Assembly: GCF_030273445.1 (NCBI RefSeq)
Contig: NZ_CP120678.1
Location: forward strand, 320,401-352,400
Direction of reading: 5' to 3'
DNA length: 32,000 bases
From: Selenobaculum gibii
GTDB lineage: Bacteria > Bacillota > Negativicutes > ICN-92133
The notes under the pieces were generated by a model that saw only the letters and a list, made by a program, of their open reading frames with translations, did no database searches and was not told the origin of the DNA. Position 1 is the stretch's first letter. Every line of letters begins with the position of its first letter. The translations under genes and the position numbers were made by a program. Positions 16,202 through 24,231 of the stretch are shown here, piece by piece.

Positions 16202-17512
16202 GTGATCATAATTGTAAGGAAAATAATAGCTCAAATTTTTTATGTTTGTTTTATCATGCTATCAGCAGTTGCCGTTGTGTCAGCTGCTGATAGTGCAAGT
16301 GTTATAGAGACAATCGAAGTACAGGTTATACCCTTACAAGAAGAGCATCCTATTTCAGATAAAATTGCTAGACGAATGCAAGCTAGTGTTTATACTATTG
16401 GGGACAATGTATTAAATGGGCATAGAGTAGAGGAAATTGAAAATAATAAATTAGGTTATGAAGTTTTAATACAGGATGTTTTTAATCGAATTTTGATTGG
16501 CTACTCTGTACAAAAAGTCAATTTGGAAATTGGTAATCATACAGTGATAAAAGTCATGGTATTTCCTTGGCATAATGTGATTCATAATGTTAATGTTGAT
16601 GTTGAAATAAATGGAGTAAGTGAAGATATTAAACCGTTAATTATGCAAGATATACAAGGAATTGAGAAAATCTTTTTGAATGTATTGCAAGAGTTACCTA
16701 TTGACGCAGTAGAATGGGTAAATGGGATATTAAGGACAGGGCTAAATGAATTTTTATCTAGTCGTATTCCAGAGTTTAATGCATCTTTTACTCTTGTTGC
16801 TGATGAAAACAATAGAGTGGATATAAAAGTTGATTTATATCCTAAAGGACAATTGATCCGAGAGACCAATTTACAAATAAAGTCTGGTACAATTCCGAAT
16901 ACGATCAGGCTAATGTTTCGTCCAGAATTAAATAAGCAACTTGAAGGTTTAGTTGGTTTACCGGTAAGGTTTGTTCAACGACATCAAAGCTATTTTATTG
17001 ATAAATTAAATTCAGTTACTTTTGATAATAAAAATTTACAAAAGTATAAAGTCAAATCAGCGGTTGAAATGGTTGCTGATCATCAAACGCAAGTTTTGTA
17101 TACGATGGACAGCAGTGAGTATATTTTAACAGTTGAAGGATATTTAGATGTTGGCAAGGAGGAACGCAATACCTCTATTAAAGCGCATGCAGGAAGAATG
17201 TTAGACAAAGAAAATGAGTTGTTTTTAGAAATGGATTTTTTCCCGCATCAAATGGAATGGGATTTTTATCCGGGTATTTTGCATAGCCTTACGTCAAAAA
17301 CTAAAATTGGATTTAAATATGACATTGATGAGCGTAGAGGAATTCTTTTGGCGAATCAGATACTCAGCGATCGATTTTCAGCTAGAGTAGAACATGTGCC
17401 AAGCATCCAATTTACTGAGTTTGGGCTCAGATATCATTTGCATGATTTTTTTGATGTGGAATATGTAATTAATGATGATGAAAAATGGCTTAGGCTAATT
17501 GGAGTTTTATAA
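16202..17512 (+). CDS. Secreted protein of unknown function between bamA and skp
   Basis: 436-aa ORF. From GTG 16202 the N-terminus is a signal peptide (MIIIVRKIIAQIFYVCFIMLSAVAVVSA/ADS). No convincing RBS is present, so the start is uncertain (next candidate ATG 16256). The sequence is beta-rich with amphipathic strands near the C-terminus (KIGFKYDI, FSARVEH, FGLRYHL, FDVEYVI). No family was recognised. Confidence 0.65.
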   Translation: MIIIVRKIIAQIFYVCFIMLSAVAVVSAADSASVIETIEVQVIPLQEEHPISDKIARRMQASVYTIGDNVLNGHRVEEIENNKLGYEVLIQDVFNRILIGYSVQKVNLEIGNHTVIKVMVFPWHNVIHNVNVDVEINGVSEDIKPLIMQDIQGIEKIFLNVLQELPIDAVEWVNGILRTGLNEFLSSRIPEFNASFTLVADENNRVDIKVDLYPKGQLIRETNLQIKSGTIPNTIRLMFRPELNKQLEGLVGLPVRFVQRHQSYFIDKLNSVTFDNKNLQKYKVKSAVEMVADHQTQVLYTMDSSEYILTVEGYLDVGKEERNTSIKAHAGRMLDKENELFLEMDFFPHQMEWDFYPGILHSLTSKTKIGFKYDIDERRGILLANQILSDRFSARVEHVPSIQFTEFGLRYHLHDFFDVEYVINDDEKWLRLIGVL

Positions 17513-17552
17513 AAATAACATTATGTATTCTTAGAACCATAGATAAACTTTC

Positions 17553-17581
17553 TTGTATAATGAAAACGGGTTTGATATAAT
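17553..17581 (+). promoter_or_regulatory. Candidate extended -10 promoter for the skp paralog array
   Basis: TTGTAT (17553-17558), a 17-nt spacer, then TGaTATAAT (17573-17581), a perfect extended -10. It lies about 80 nt upstream of ATG 17661. Confidence 0.55.
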
Positions 17582-17660
17582 AAATTATGCTTTTGGCCTA
17601 TTGGCAAAGCAATTTAAATTTCATATTTTATGCCTTGAAGGGCAGGAGGAGAATCTTAGA

Positions 17661-18128
17661 ATGATTAAATTTGAGAAAAAACAGATTAAATTTATTAGCA
17701 TCGGTATTGCTTTGGTTTTTGTTTTTAGTGTGGTTGCTCTTGCAGTATCCCAGTCTTCTGTAGGATTTGCCGCAGCAGGCAATTCTTCGAATGTTGGTGT
17801 AGTAAATCATCAACTACTTGTGTCCCAGCATCCTGACATGGCAACTGCTAAAACTGCAATGGAAGCTGAAGTTGAACAAGCAAAAAAAGATTTTGAAACA
17901 AAATCTGCAAATATGAATGACCAAGAAAAACAAGCTTATTATCAACAAACACAACAACGTTTGGCGAATAAAGAAAGAGAATTGATTGCTCCTATTTTTG
18001 ATAAAGTAGATGCAGCAATCAAAGCAGTTGCTGAAGCTAAAGGATTATCTGTTGTTTTAGATAAAGGCACTGTTGTTTATGGTGGACAAGATATTACAGA
18101 TGAAGTTGTAAAAAAGTTTTCTAAATAA
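17661..18128 (+). CDS. skp: Periplasmic chaperone Skp/OmpH family, paralog 1 (cleavable signal peptide type)
   Basis: The start is reassigned to ATG 17661 (AGGAGGAG at 17644-17651). It has a signal peptide/hydrophobic segment ending SVGFAAAG. OmpH pattern: VGVVNHQLLVSQHP...coiled coil...AKGLSVVLDKGTVVYGGQDITDEVVKKF. Confidence 0.85.
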   Translation: MIKFEKKQIKFISIGIALVFVFSVVALAVSQSSVGFAAAGNSSNVGVVNHQLLVSQHPDMATAKTAMEAEVEQAKKDFETKSANMNDQEKQAYYQQTQQRLANKERELIAPIFDKVDAAIKAVAEAKGLSVVLDKGTVVYGGQDITDEVVKKFSK

Positions 18129-18159
18129 TTAATGGTAATAAAATAAAATTTAGAGTTTA

Positions 18160-18187
18160 TGCCGAGCTGGGGAGACCTCGCTCGGCA
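18160..18187 (+). other. Stem-loop between skp paralogs 1 and 2 (weak attenuator/processing site candidate)
   Basis: TGCCGAGC (18160-18167) and GCTCGGCA (18180-18187) form a perfect 8-bp stem with a 12-nt loop. Only a weak ATTTATT tract follows. Confidence 0.3.
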
Positions 18188-18209
18188 ATTTATTAGAAAG
18201 GGTGGGCAG

Positions 18210-19169
18210 ATGGAAAAGCGTAAATGGATGATCGTTGCTTTAATTGCTATAGTTGCTTTTGGGGTAGTAGGTTATGCTGTATCCTTACAATCGAATAAGA
18301 ATTCGACAAAACCTGATGCGCAAGCGGTTGAGAATCAGACCGATATTGGTGTTATTGATATGAGTCAAGTCCTTAAAGCTCACCCGAAATATGGTCAAAC
18401 TATAGAGTTGCAAAAAGAGCTAAATACACTTAAGGCAGAAATTGATAATAAATTGAATTTTATCAATCATCAAGCTATGCCGAATTCTATTGCAGTTGAC
18501 GAGAAAGCAATTTTATCGTCGCAAAACCAACTTGGACAACAACAGCTTATTGCTAAACATGCAGAGCTCAATGAAAAGCTACAAAAAAAAGAAGATGAAT
18601 TACGGCAGAATTTTAATGAGCAAATGAACAAAGATGTAGCGGTTATTGATGAAGAATATATGCCTGAAATTTTTAATTTAAAGTTAAAAATGAAAACTTT
18701 GCAGATGACGGAAGATGCTTTTAATCAGATGCAAGCAAAGATTAATGAGTTGCAAGAGGCTCGCAATAAGAAAGTCCATGAAAAACAGCAGCAGTATTTA
18801 AGTCAGCTTGGGGAACAGATGAAGGCTGAGCAACTGAAAGCAACAGAAGAGTTTAACCTTTTTGCGCAGCAAGTTGAAAAAGAAAATAAAGAATTTAGCA
18901 GTCAAAAAACAGCAGGCTTAACTGAGCGTAACAATAATGTGGAGAATCAAGGAAATGAAAGCGTTGCTCAAATTGCAGAATTAAAACAGCAAGTTGCAGA
19001 CAAAGAAGTTGAATTACAAAAAATTCAGAATGAAATTCTTGATGAAGCGACAAGTCTCGTTGCTAAAGTTGCGTTAGAAAATAATCTATCAGTGGTTATT
19101 AATAAGGTGAAAGTTAATATTAATGGATTAGATATTACTGATTTGGTAATTCAAGGGTTTAACAAATAA
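18210..19169 (+). CDS. Skp/OmpH-family protein, paralog 2: membrane-anchored with about double-length coiled coil
   Basis: The start is reassigned to ATG 18210. It has an N-terminal TM helix (WMIVALIAIVAFGVVGYAV). The OmpH N-motif is IGVIDMSQVLKAHPKYG and the C-motif is ENNLSVVINKVKVNINGLDITDLVIQGF. These are separated by ~230 aa of Q/E/K-rich helical sequence, against ~100 aa in the flanking paralogs. Confidence 0.75.
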   Translation: MEKRKWMIVALIAIVAFGVVGYAVSLQSNKNSTKPDAQAVENQTDIGVIDMSQVLKAHPKYGQTIELQKELNTLKAEIDNKLNFINHQAMPNSIAVDEKAILSSQNQLGQQQLIAKHAELNEKLQKKEDELRQNFNEQMNKDVAVIDEEYMPEIFNLKLKMKTLQMTEDAFNQMQAKINELQEARNKKVHEKQQQYLSQLGEQMKAEQLKATEEFNLFAQQVEKENKEFSSQKTAGLTERNNNVENQGNESVAQIAELKQQVADKEVELQKIQNEILDEATSLVAKVALENNLSVVINKVKVNINGLDITDLVIQGFNK

Positions 19170-19232
19170 ATAAAACGTATATAATAATTAAATATAAATA
19201 AATTTTTTATGGATAGAAATGGAGATGGAATA

Positions 19233-19658
19233 ATGAACTTACATTTAAAACGTTTATTATTATTAGTTGTAGTTGTTATTATGGCTGTTTTTATTGGGGG
19301 ATGCTCAAATGAAAAAGTCGGTGTCGTTGATGGCAGTAAAATTTCCGATACCCCAAAAATTCAAGAAATGCAAAAGGATTTACAAGCAAAATTAGATGAA
19401 AAAGCAAAAGAGTTGTCTACGCAACTTGAGCAAGAAAAGGCTAACCTTAGCCCAGAAGATTATCAAAAACGTTATGTATCACTTCGCACGGAATTTAATA
19501 CGCTACAAGAGTCTTATCAAAAAGATATTTTAAATGCTGTAAATGAAGCGATTTCTGCTGTTGCAAAAGAAAAGAGTATTTCTACAGTGTTATACAAAGA
19601 CGCGGTAGTACATGGCGGAATTGATATCACAGATGATGTCGTGAAAAAATTACAGTAA
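19233..19658 (+). CDS. Skp/OmpH-family protein, paralog 3: predicted lipoprotein
   Basis: The start is reassigned to ATG 19233 (GGAG at 19221-19224). The lipoprotein signal has a lipobox (LLLLVVVVIMAVFIGG/C). OmpH pattern: VGVVDGSKI...coiled coil...EKSISTVLYKDAVVHGGIDITDDVVKKL. Confidence 0.8.
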   Translation: MNLHLKRLLLLVVVVIMAVFIGGCSNEKVGVVDGSKISDTPKIQEMQKDLQAKLDEKAKELSTQLEQEKANLSPEDYQKRYVSLRTEFNTLQESYQKDILNAVNEAISAVAKEKSISTVLYKDAVVHGGIDITDDVVKKLQ

Positions 19659-19673
19659 CAGGAGGTTGTACTC

Positions 19674-20696
19674 TTGGAAAAAACATTAAGAGAAATTGCT
19701 GCATTAGTAGACGGCAATATATTAGGTGAGAGTGAAATAAAATTTACTGGAGCAACAAGCATTGAACAGGCTAATTTAACGGATATTACCTTTGCTGTAG
19801 AGCCACATTTACAAGAAGCTGAGGGGTGTAATGCAGGTGCAGTAATTATTCCAAAACATGTTACGGTATTTGCTAAACCTGCAATTCAGGTAGAGAATCC
19901 ACGAGTTGCTTTTACAAAATTATTGGAGTTGTTTACTCCTCCGTTAAAGATTAAGAGGGAAGTTCATTCTACTGTAATCGTTAGAGATAATGTAAAAATC
20001 GGTAAAAATGTTGCGATTATGCCATATGTAGTGATTGATGATGATGCAGTGATTGAAGATAATGCAGTGCTTTATCCTTATGTATATGTTGGACAAGGTG
20101 CTAGAGTTGGTGAATCAAGTACAATTTATCCTAATGTAACAATTCGTGAGTTTTGTGAAGTTGGGAAAAGAGATATCATTCATAGTGGGGCTGTAATTGG
20201 TAGTGACGGATTTGGTTTTGTCACGCAAAATGGTACGCATAACAAAGTGCCCCAGGTGGGGAATGTAGTTTTAGAAGATGATGTTGAAATTGGTGCAAAT
20301 GTTGGCATTGATCGTGCGACTACTGGATCTACGCGAGTAAAACGAGGAACTAAAGTGGATAATTTAGTTCATCTTGGGCACAATGTACAAATTGGTGAAG
20401 GTGGATTAATTGTAGCACAAACGGGAATTGCGGGGAGTACGAAAGTTGGACATCATGTAACTTTTGCCGGACAATGTGGTTGTGTGGGGCATATTGAAAT
20501 TGGTGATAATTGTACTTTTGCAGCGCGTACGGCGCCGATAAACAACGTTCCATCAGGATCTTTTTATGCTGGTTTTCCAGCACGTCCGCATAAAGAGTGG
20601 TTAAGAGTGCAGGCAAGTTTGCATAAGGCTCCCAATATGATGAAAAAAATGCGTGAATTAGAAAAACGTTTGGCTGAACTAGAAAAAAATAAATAA
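19674..20696 (+). CDS. lpxD: UDP-3-O-acylglucosamine N-acyltransferase LpxD
   Basis: TTG start 8 nt after GGAGG (19661-19665). The N-terminal domain reads LREIAALVDGNILGE...ITFA. A long left-handed beta-helix hexapeptide region follows, then a C-terminal helix. Confidence 0.93.
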   Translation: MEKTLREIAALVDGNILGESEIKFTGATSIEQANLTDITFAVEPHLQEAEGCNAGAVIIPKHVTVFAKPAIQVENPRVAFTKLLELFTPPLKIKREVHSTVIVRDNVKIGKNVAIMPYVVIDDDAVIEDNAVLYPYVYVGQGARVGESSTIYPNVTIREFCEVGKRDIIHSGAVIGSDGFGFVTQNGTHNKVPQVGNVVLEDDVEIGANVGIDRATTGSTRVKRGTKVDNLVHLGHNVQIGEGGLIVAQTGIAGSTKVGHHVTFAGQCGCVGHIEIGDNCTFAARTAPINNVPSGSFYAGFPARPHKEWLRVQASLHKAPNMMKKMRELEKRLAELEKNK

Positions 20697-20699
20697 ACA

Positions 20700-20760
20700 G
20701 AGGGCACTGATTTCAGCTGGTTTAAAAAATCAAAGAACGCAGTGCCTCCTTTATTATTTA
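20700..20760 (+). terminator. Possible terminator after lpxD (long-loop hairpin)
   Basis: GGGCACTG (20702-20709) pairs with CAGTGCCT (20740-20747): 7 Watson-Crick pairs plus one G-U, with a 30-nt loop. An interrupted T-rich tract (CCTTTATTATTTATTT) follows. The geometry is weak. Confidence 0.35.
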
Positions 20761-20790
20761 TTTGGTTATTGAGAAATGTGTGGTGATATC

Positions 20791-21672
20791 ATGTATGGAG
20801 TAATGATAATTTTAAGTAAATTTGTTTGCGTTTTGCCGTTAAAGCTGCGAATGTGGATTGGAAATTTGATCGGGAATCTTACATGGCTACTTGTACCTAA
20901 AAAACGTAAGATAATGGCAATGAGAAATATTCAATTGTCACTTAATACAACTCTGCAAGAAACGCAAATCATTGCAAAGGCAAGTTGGACGCGATTTGGC
21001 AGAATGATTATGGATGTTTTGGCAATTCCAATTTTACCAAAGGAAATTAAGCAACGTGTTCGTTTTATCGGGATAGAAAATATGGACAAGGCTTTAGTTG
21101 ATGGGAATGGTGTAGTTTTAGCTACTTCCCATAGTGGAAACTGGGAAATGCTTGGAGCGGCATTAGCTACGAGTGGATACCCGTTAGTTGGGGTTGCACA
21201 GAAACAGGCGAATTTGGCAATGGATAGGTTTATTAACGAATATCGTACATTGTCGGGGATGCATGTTACATATAAGAGCGGTGTCAGGGAAATGATTCGA
21301 TTAATGGGTCAAGGTATGATCATTGGAATATTAATGGATCAAGATGCAGCGGAAGATGGCGTTATTCTGCCGTTTTTTCATCGAGAGGCATCTTGCCCAC
21401 AGGGGACAGCTTTTTTGGCGAGAATGAAAAAAGCACCGATTGTGCCAACTTTTATTACGGAAGATAAAGATGGATATTATACGATAACTTGTCAGGTGCC
21501 TGTTTATGTAGAAGAAACAAATGATAAAACTAAAGACATAATCAGGACGATACAGTTATTGAATACGATTATTGAAAGTCATATTCGGAAACATCCTGAA
21601 GAATGGTTCTGGCTTCATAATCGCTGGAAATATACTGAGGAAACGCTAAAAAATAAAGTAGACTTGATTTAG
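20791..21672 (+). CDS. lpxL: Lipid A late (secondary) acyltransferase, LpxL/HtrB family
   Basis: N-terminal anchor (IILSKFVCVLPLKLRMWIGNLIGNLTWLLV). Catalytic HX4E motif HSGNWE. The family-typical C-terminus reads HPEEWFWLHNRWK. The start is ATG 20791 or ATG 20776. Confidence 0.8.
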   Translation: MYGVMIILSKFVCVLPLKLRMWIGNLIGNLTWLLVPKKRKIMAMRNIQLSLNTTLQETQIIAKASWTRFGRMIMDVLAIPILPKEIKQRVRFIGIENMDKALVDGNGVVLATSHSGNWEMLGAALATSGYPLVGVAQKQANLAMDRFINEYRTLSGMHVTYKSGVREMIRLMGQGMIIGILMDQDAAEDGVILPFFHREASCPQGTAFLARMKKAPIVPTFITEDKDGYYTITCQVPVYVEETNDKTKDIIRTIQLLNTIIESHIRKHPEEWFWLHNRWKYTEETLKNKVDLI

Positions 21673-21716
21673 ATAGAGTTTTCACTCCACCTAGATTTTA
21701 ACCGATCTTATCCAGG

Positions 21717-21796
21717 GGCTTAGCTGCTCGCCTGTGCTCTGGAATATACTCCTACTATAGAAGTTGGGAATCTTAGAGCAGGTTAGCCGTCGGCTA
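21717..21796 (+). other. Structured, relatively GC-rich RNA element (lpxL 3' UTR, or a leader/attenuator for the downstream ABC genes)
   Basis: A long-range helix joins 21717-21729 (GGCTTAGCTGCTC) and 21776-21788 (GAGCAGGTTAGCC), with 11 of 13 positions paired. The right arm can alternatively form a local hairpin: TAGCC (21784-21788) with GGCTA (21792-21796). The element lies directly upstream of a strong terminator. Confidence 0.35.
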
Positions 21797-21800
21797 AAAA

Positions 21801-21839
21801 AATACCAATCCGCTAAAAATATGGATTGGTATTTTTTTA
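21801..21839 (+). terminator. Rho-independent terminator (bidirectional-looking: A-run 5', T-run 3')
   Basis: AATACCAATCC (21801-21811) and GGATTGGTATT (21823-21833) form a perfect 11-bp stem with an 11-nt loop. It is flanked by AAAAAA on the 5' side and TTTTT on the 3' side. Confidence 0.85.
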
Positions 21840-21941
21840 CTTTTTAAATCGTGTAAATATTGTGTATCGAATCCAGCAGATTTATCAAAACTATAATGAA
21901 GTAAAATTATCTTGTTTTGATTTGGAAATGGAGTGCTGGGG

Positions 21942-24218
21942 ATGAAAAATAATTTTTTTCGTAACGATATATTTATCTTATTGTTAGTTAGCATATTATT
22001 AAGTGCTTTAGTTGCTAAAGGAATATCTTTGGGTGCTAATTTTTACTTTCAGGAAACACTGACAAGTTTAACCGGGGACTATGGAGAATACGATTTGCTT
22101 GTTCAAGTTAGAGAAGAGAGTAGAGAAGAAGGGAAAATACAAATGCAACAGATGCTGGAGACAAATTTTCCTGGATCAAAATTTAAAGAGGCACCATCGA
22201 TTGGAGGTAAAGCCAATTTTTTCATTGCATTGCCTCCAGGAGGCAAAACGAAAGAAATTTATGAAAATATTGATCGTTTATTTTCAGCGATTTATGGAGT
22301 TACGGGTGTAAGTATTATAACTGAGCCACGCCTAAGCATTCGTGGGGTTCCAAATGGTGCTGTAGATATGCTGATGAAACGATTTGAGGCAATTGATGGT
22401 GTCAATTTTGTCTATCGACTTGGGACATCGATTGGAATTGTCTTAGAGGGTGTTGACAAAATTGCGGCGGCAACTGAGCGGGTGGAGAATGAATTAAACT
22501 CTTATCAAGTACTAGAAGTCAATTTTCCGGCAGGGGCAGAGGCTGAAAATCCAGTTCGTTTGGCAGGAATTATTGTCGATGATATAACAGAAAAATTACA
22601 TCCTACGATGCTTCATTATGTTTCTATTGATGAAAAAGCAGATGAGATGGCTTATGCTGTAAGCACGATGCAGGAAATGAGAAAGTTTTTTCTTGCCTAT
22701 ATGACGAAGATTACGATCTATCCTGGGGAGTCAGGTAAAATTCGCAAAGGTGATTTGATGCTTCTGCAAGGGACCTCGCTTCGTGAACCGCAAATTGGCG
22801 ATGATTTTTTGCGAGGAAATATTATTGCAATTGTAGAAGAATTAAATAATGATGGTACAGCACAGGCTGTAATCACGCAAGGGGATTCTGAAAAGATAAA
22901 GGATCATCGAATTTATAAAATGGAAGGGGAAAAAGTACAAGGCTTTGTAGGGAAAGTTGAATATCAAAATCCTCGGATAAGATTAGCAAATGCAATTGAA
23001 AAAGCAGCTGGATTATTTGAAAAAGTTCCCGATCTAGCAAAAGATACTGTGCAGGTCAGTAAAACAGTGCGGCAGGCGATTGACGGATATAATAACAATA
23101 ACCAGCGTTTAGAAAAAACATTGAATAGAATGAATGATGCAGTAGCCATATTAAATAAAACCACGATTGATATTAGTTCTATTGATGTAAAAGGCGTCAA
23201 GAATCAATTGGAGAGTTCTATAAATTCTATTAAAACATTGCATACAGGGTTGAAATTGATTCAAATTTTTAATGCCGACGTTACCTCCTCTGTACAAGCA
23301 TTGGAGGTAACAAAAAATAAATTAGAAAATTTTCAGCAATTGTTAACCGGCATGGATGAGATGCATGATGATGCAGTAAAGGCACAAAGCGTTCTTAATG
23401 GATTAGCACAGGAAGGAAAAGGCATTACAGAAATCTTAAAAAGCATTAACCATAGTTCGGCTGAAAATAATTTGATGAACTTAGAAACAAAACTTACGGA
23501 TATTGCCGAAGCTGATTTAAAGCAAGCAGCAACAGAATTGCGTTATATGGCAGCATCAATTCCCAATATGAAAGATGAAGAAATTTATGCTTCTGTTAAG
23601 TTATTGGATAAATTAATGGCGGGACATTTTTCTTTGGGGCAAAGATTACAATTCCTTTTAGATCGTAATATTGCATTAACAGATTTAAAACCAATCGTTA
23701 TTCAGTCGATAGGTCATGAAAATGTTGGTGTATTGCAAGCTGATTTAGGCGTTATAGAGCCCAATATTTACTTGCAGGTATACCAAGTCTTAAATGAAGT
23801 TCAAGCAGTTTTAGCCGGGCTTACAGCGCTTGTGTTGACATTGGTTTTACTGGCGCTAGATCATACCTCTATCATGGCAGCGCTAAAGATGCGAAGAGAT
23901 GATAAAAAAAATGGGTTCTTCACGACTGATAAAATTTATGGAATGGCTGTAGGCGCAATTCTGCTAAGTACGATATTTTTATTAGCGGGTGGTGGAATCC
24001 CGTATGTTCCATTTTATATGATCCCAATGATTGGTGCTTTGTTAGGTATATTTATGGATTTTTATAGTGAAAAAATAAGTCCAATAGAAAGAGAGGAAAT
24101 ATTAGCAGCAGAATCCCTAGGGATGAGCTTTGATGAAATCATGCGAGAAATTGTTATTCCAAATGCAAGACCGGGATTATTACAGAAATTGAATCGTCGG
24201 AGATTGTTATTCAAATAG
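21942..24218 (+). CDS. Atypical ABC membrane subunit: TM1 + ~590-aa periplasmic domain (alpha/beta, beta-rich and long helical parts) + 3 TM + C-terminal EAA-type coupling loop
   Basis: ATG 21942 lies 8 nt after TGGAG. TM1 is IFILLLVSILLSALVA. No hydrophobic segment occurs until VLAGLTALVLTLVLLAL, IYGMAVGAILLSTIFLLAG and FYMIPMIGALLGIFMDF. The tail LAAESLGMSFDEIMREIVIPNARPGLL resembles the EAA loop of type I importer permeases. The protein ends 11 aa later. Confidence 0.7.
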   Translation: MKNNFFRNDIFILLLVSILLSALVAKGISLGANFYFQETLTSLTGDYGEYDLLVQVREESREEGKIQMQQMLETNFPGSKFKEAPSIGGKANFFIALPPGGKTKEIYENIDRLFSAIYGVTGVSIITEPRLSIRGVPNGAVDMLMKRFEAIDGVNFVYRLGTSIGIVLEGVDKIAAATERVENELNSYQVLEVNFPAGAEAENPVRLAGIIVDDITEKLHPTMLHYVSIDEKADEMAYAVSTMQEMRKFFLAYMTKITIYPGESGKIRKGDLMLLQGTSLREPQIGDDFLRGNIIAIVEELNNDGTAQAVITQGDSEKIKDHRIYKMEGEKVQGFVGKVEYQNPRIRLANAIEKAAGLFEKVPDLAKDTVQVSKTVRQAIDGYNNNNQRLEKTLNRMNDAVAILNKTTIDISSIDVKGVKNQLESSINSIKTLHTGLKLIQIFNADVTSSVQALEVTKNKLENFQQLLTGMDEMHDDAVKAQSVLNGLAQEGKGITEILKSINHSSAENNLMNLETKLTDIAEADLKQAATELRYMAASIPNMKDEEIYASVKLLDKLMAGHFSLGQRLQFLLDRNIALTDLKPIVIQSIGHENVGVLQADLGVIEPNIYLQVYQVLNEVQAVLAGLTALVLTLVLLALDHTSIMAALKMRRDDKKNGFFTTDKIYGMAVGAILLSTIFLLAGGGIPYVPFYMIPMIGALLGIFMDFYSEKISPIEREEILAAESLGMSFDEIMREIVIPNARPGLLQKLNRRRLLFK

Positions 24219-24231
24219 AGGGGATGATTTT

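Noticed and set aside
20534-20541. GCCGATAA, a match to the sigma-28/SigD-type -10 element, considered as a possible target of the FliA-like sigma
   Set aside because: It lies inside the lpxD coding sequence, about 160 nt before the stop. No TAAA -35 element lies at the required ~15-nt distance (the sequence there is CTTT). A terminator also separates it from the next gene.
22081-22311. A 76-aa + strand ORF in an alternative frame inside the 758-aa ABC membrane-subunit gene
   Set aside because: It is fully nested in a longer ORF with coherent membrane-protein features. It has no RBS, and its K/R-rich translation has no recognisable fold.
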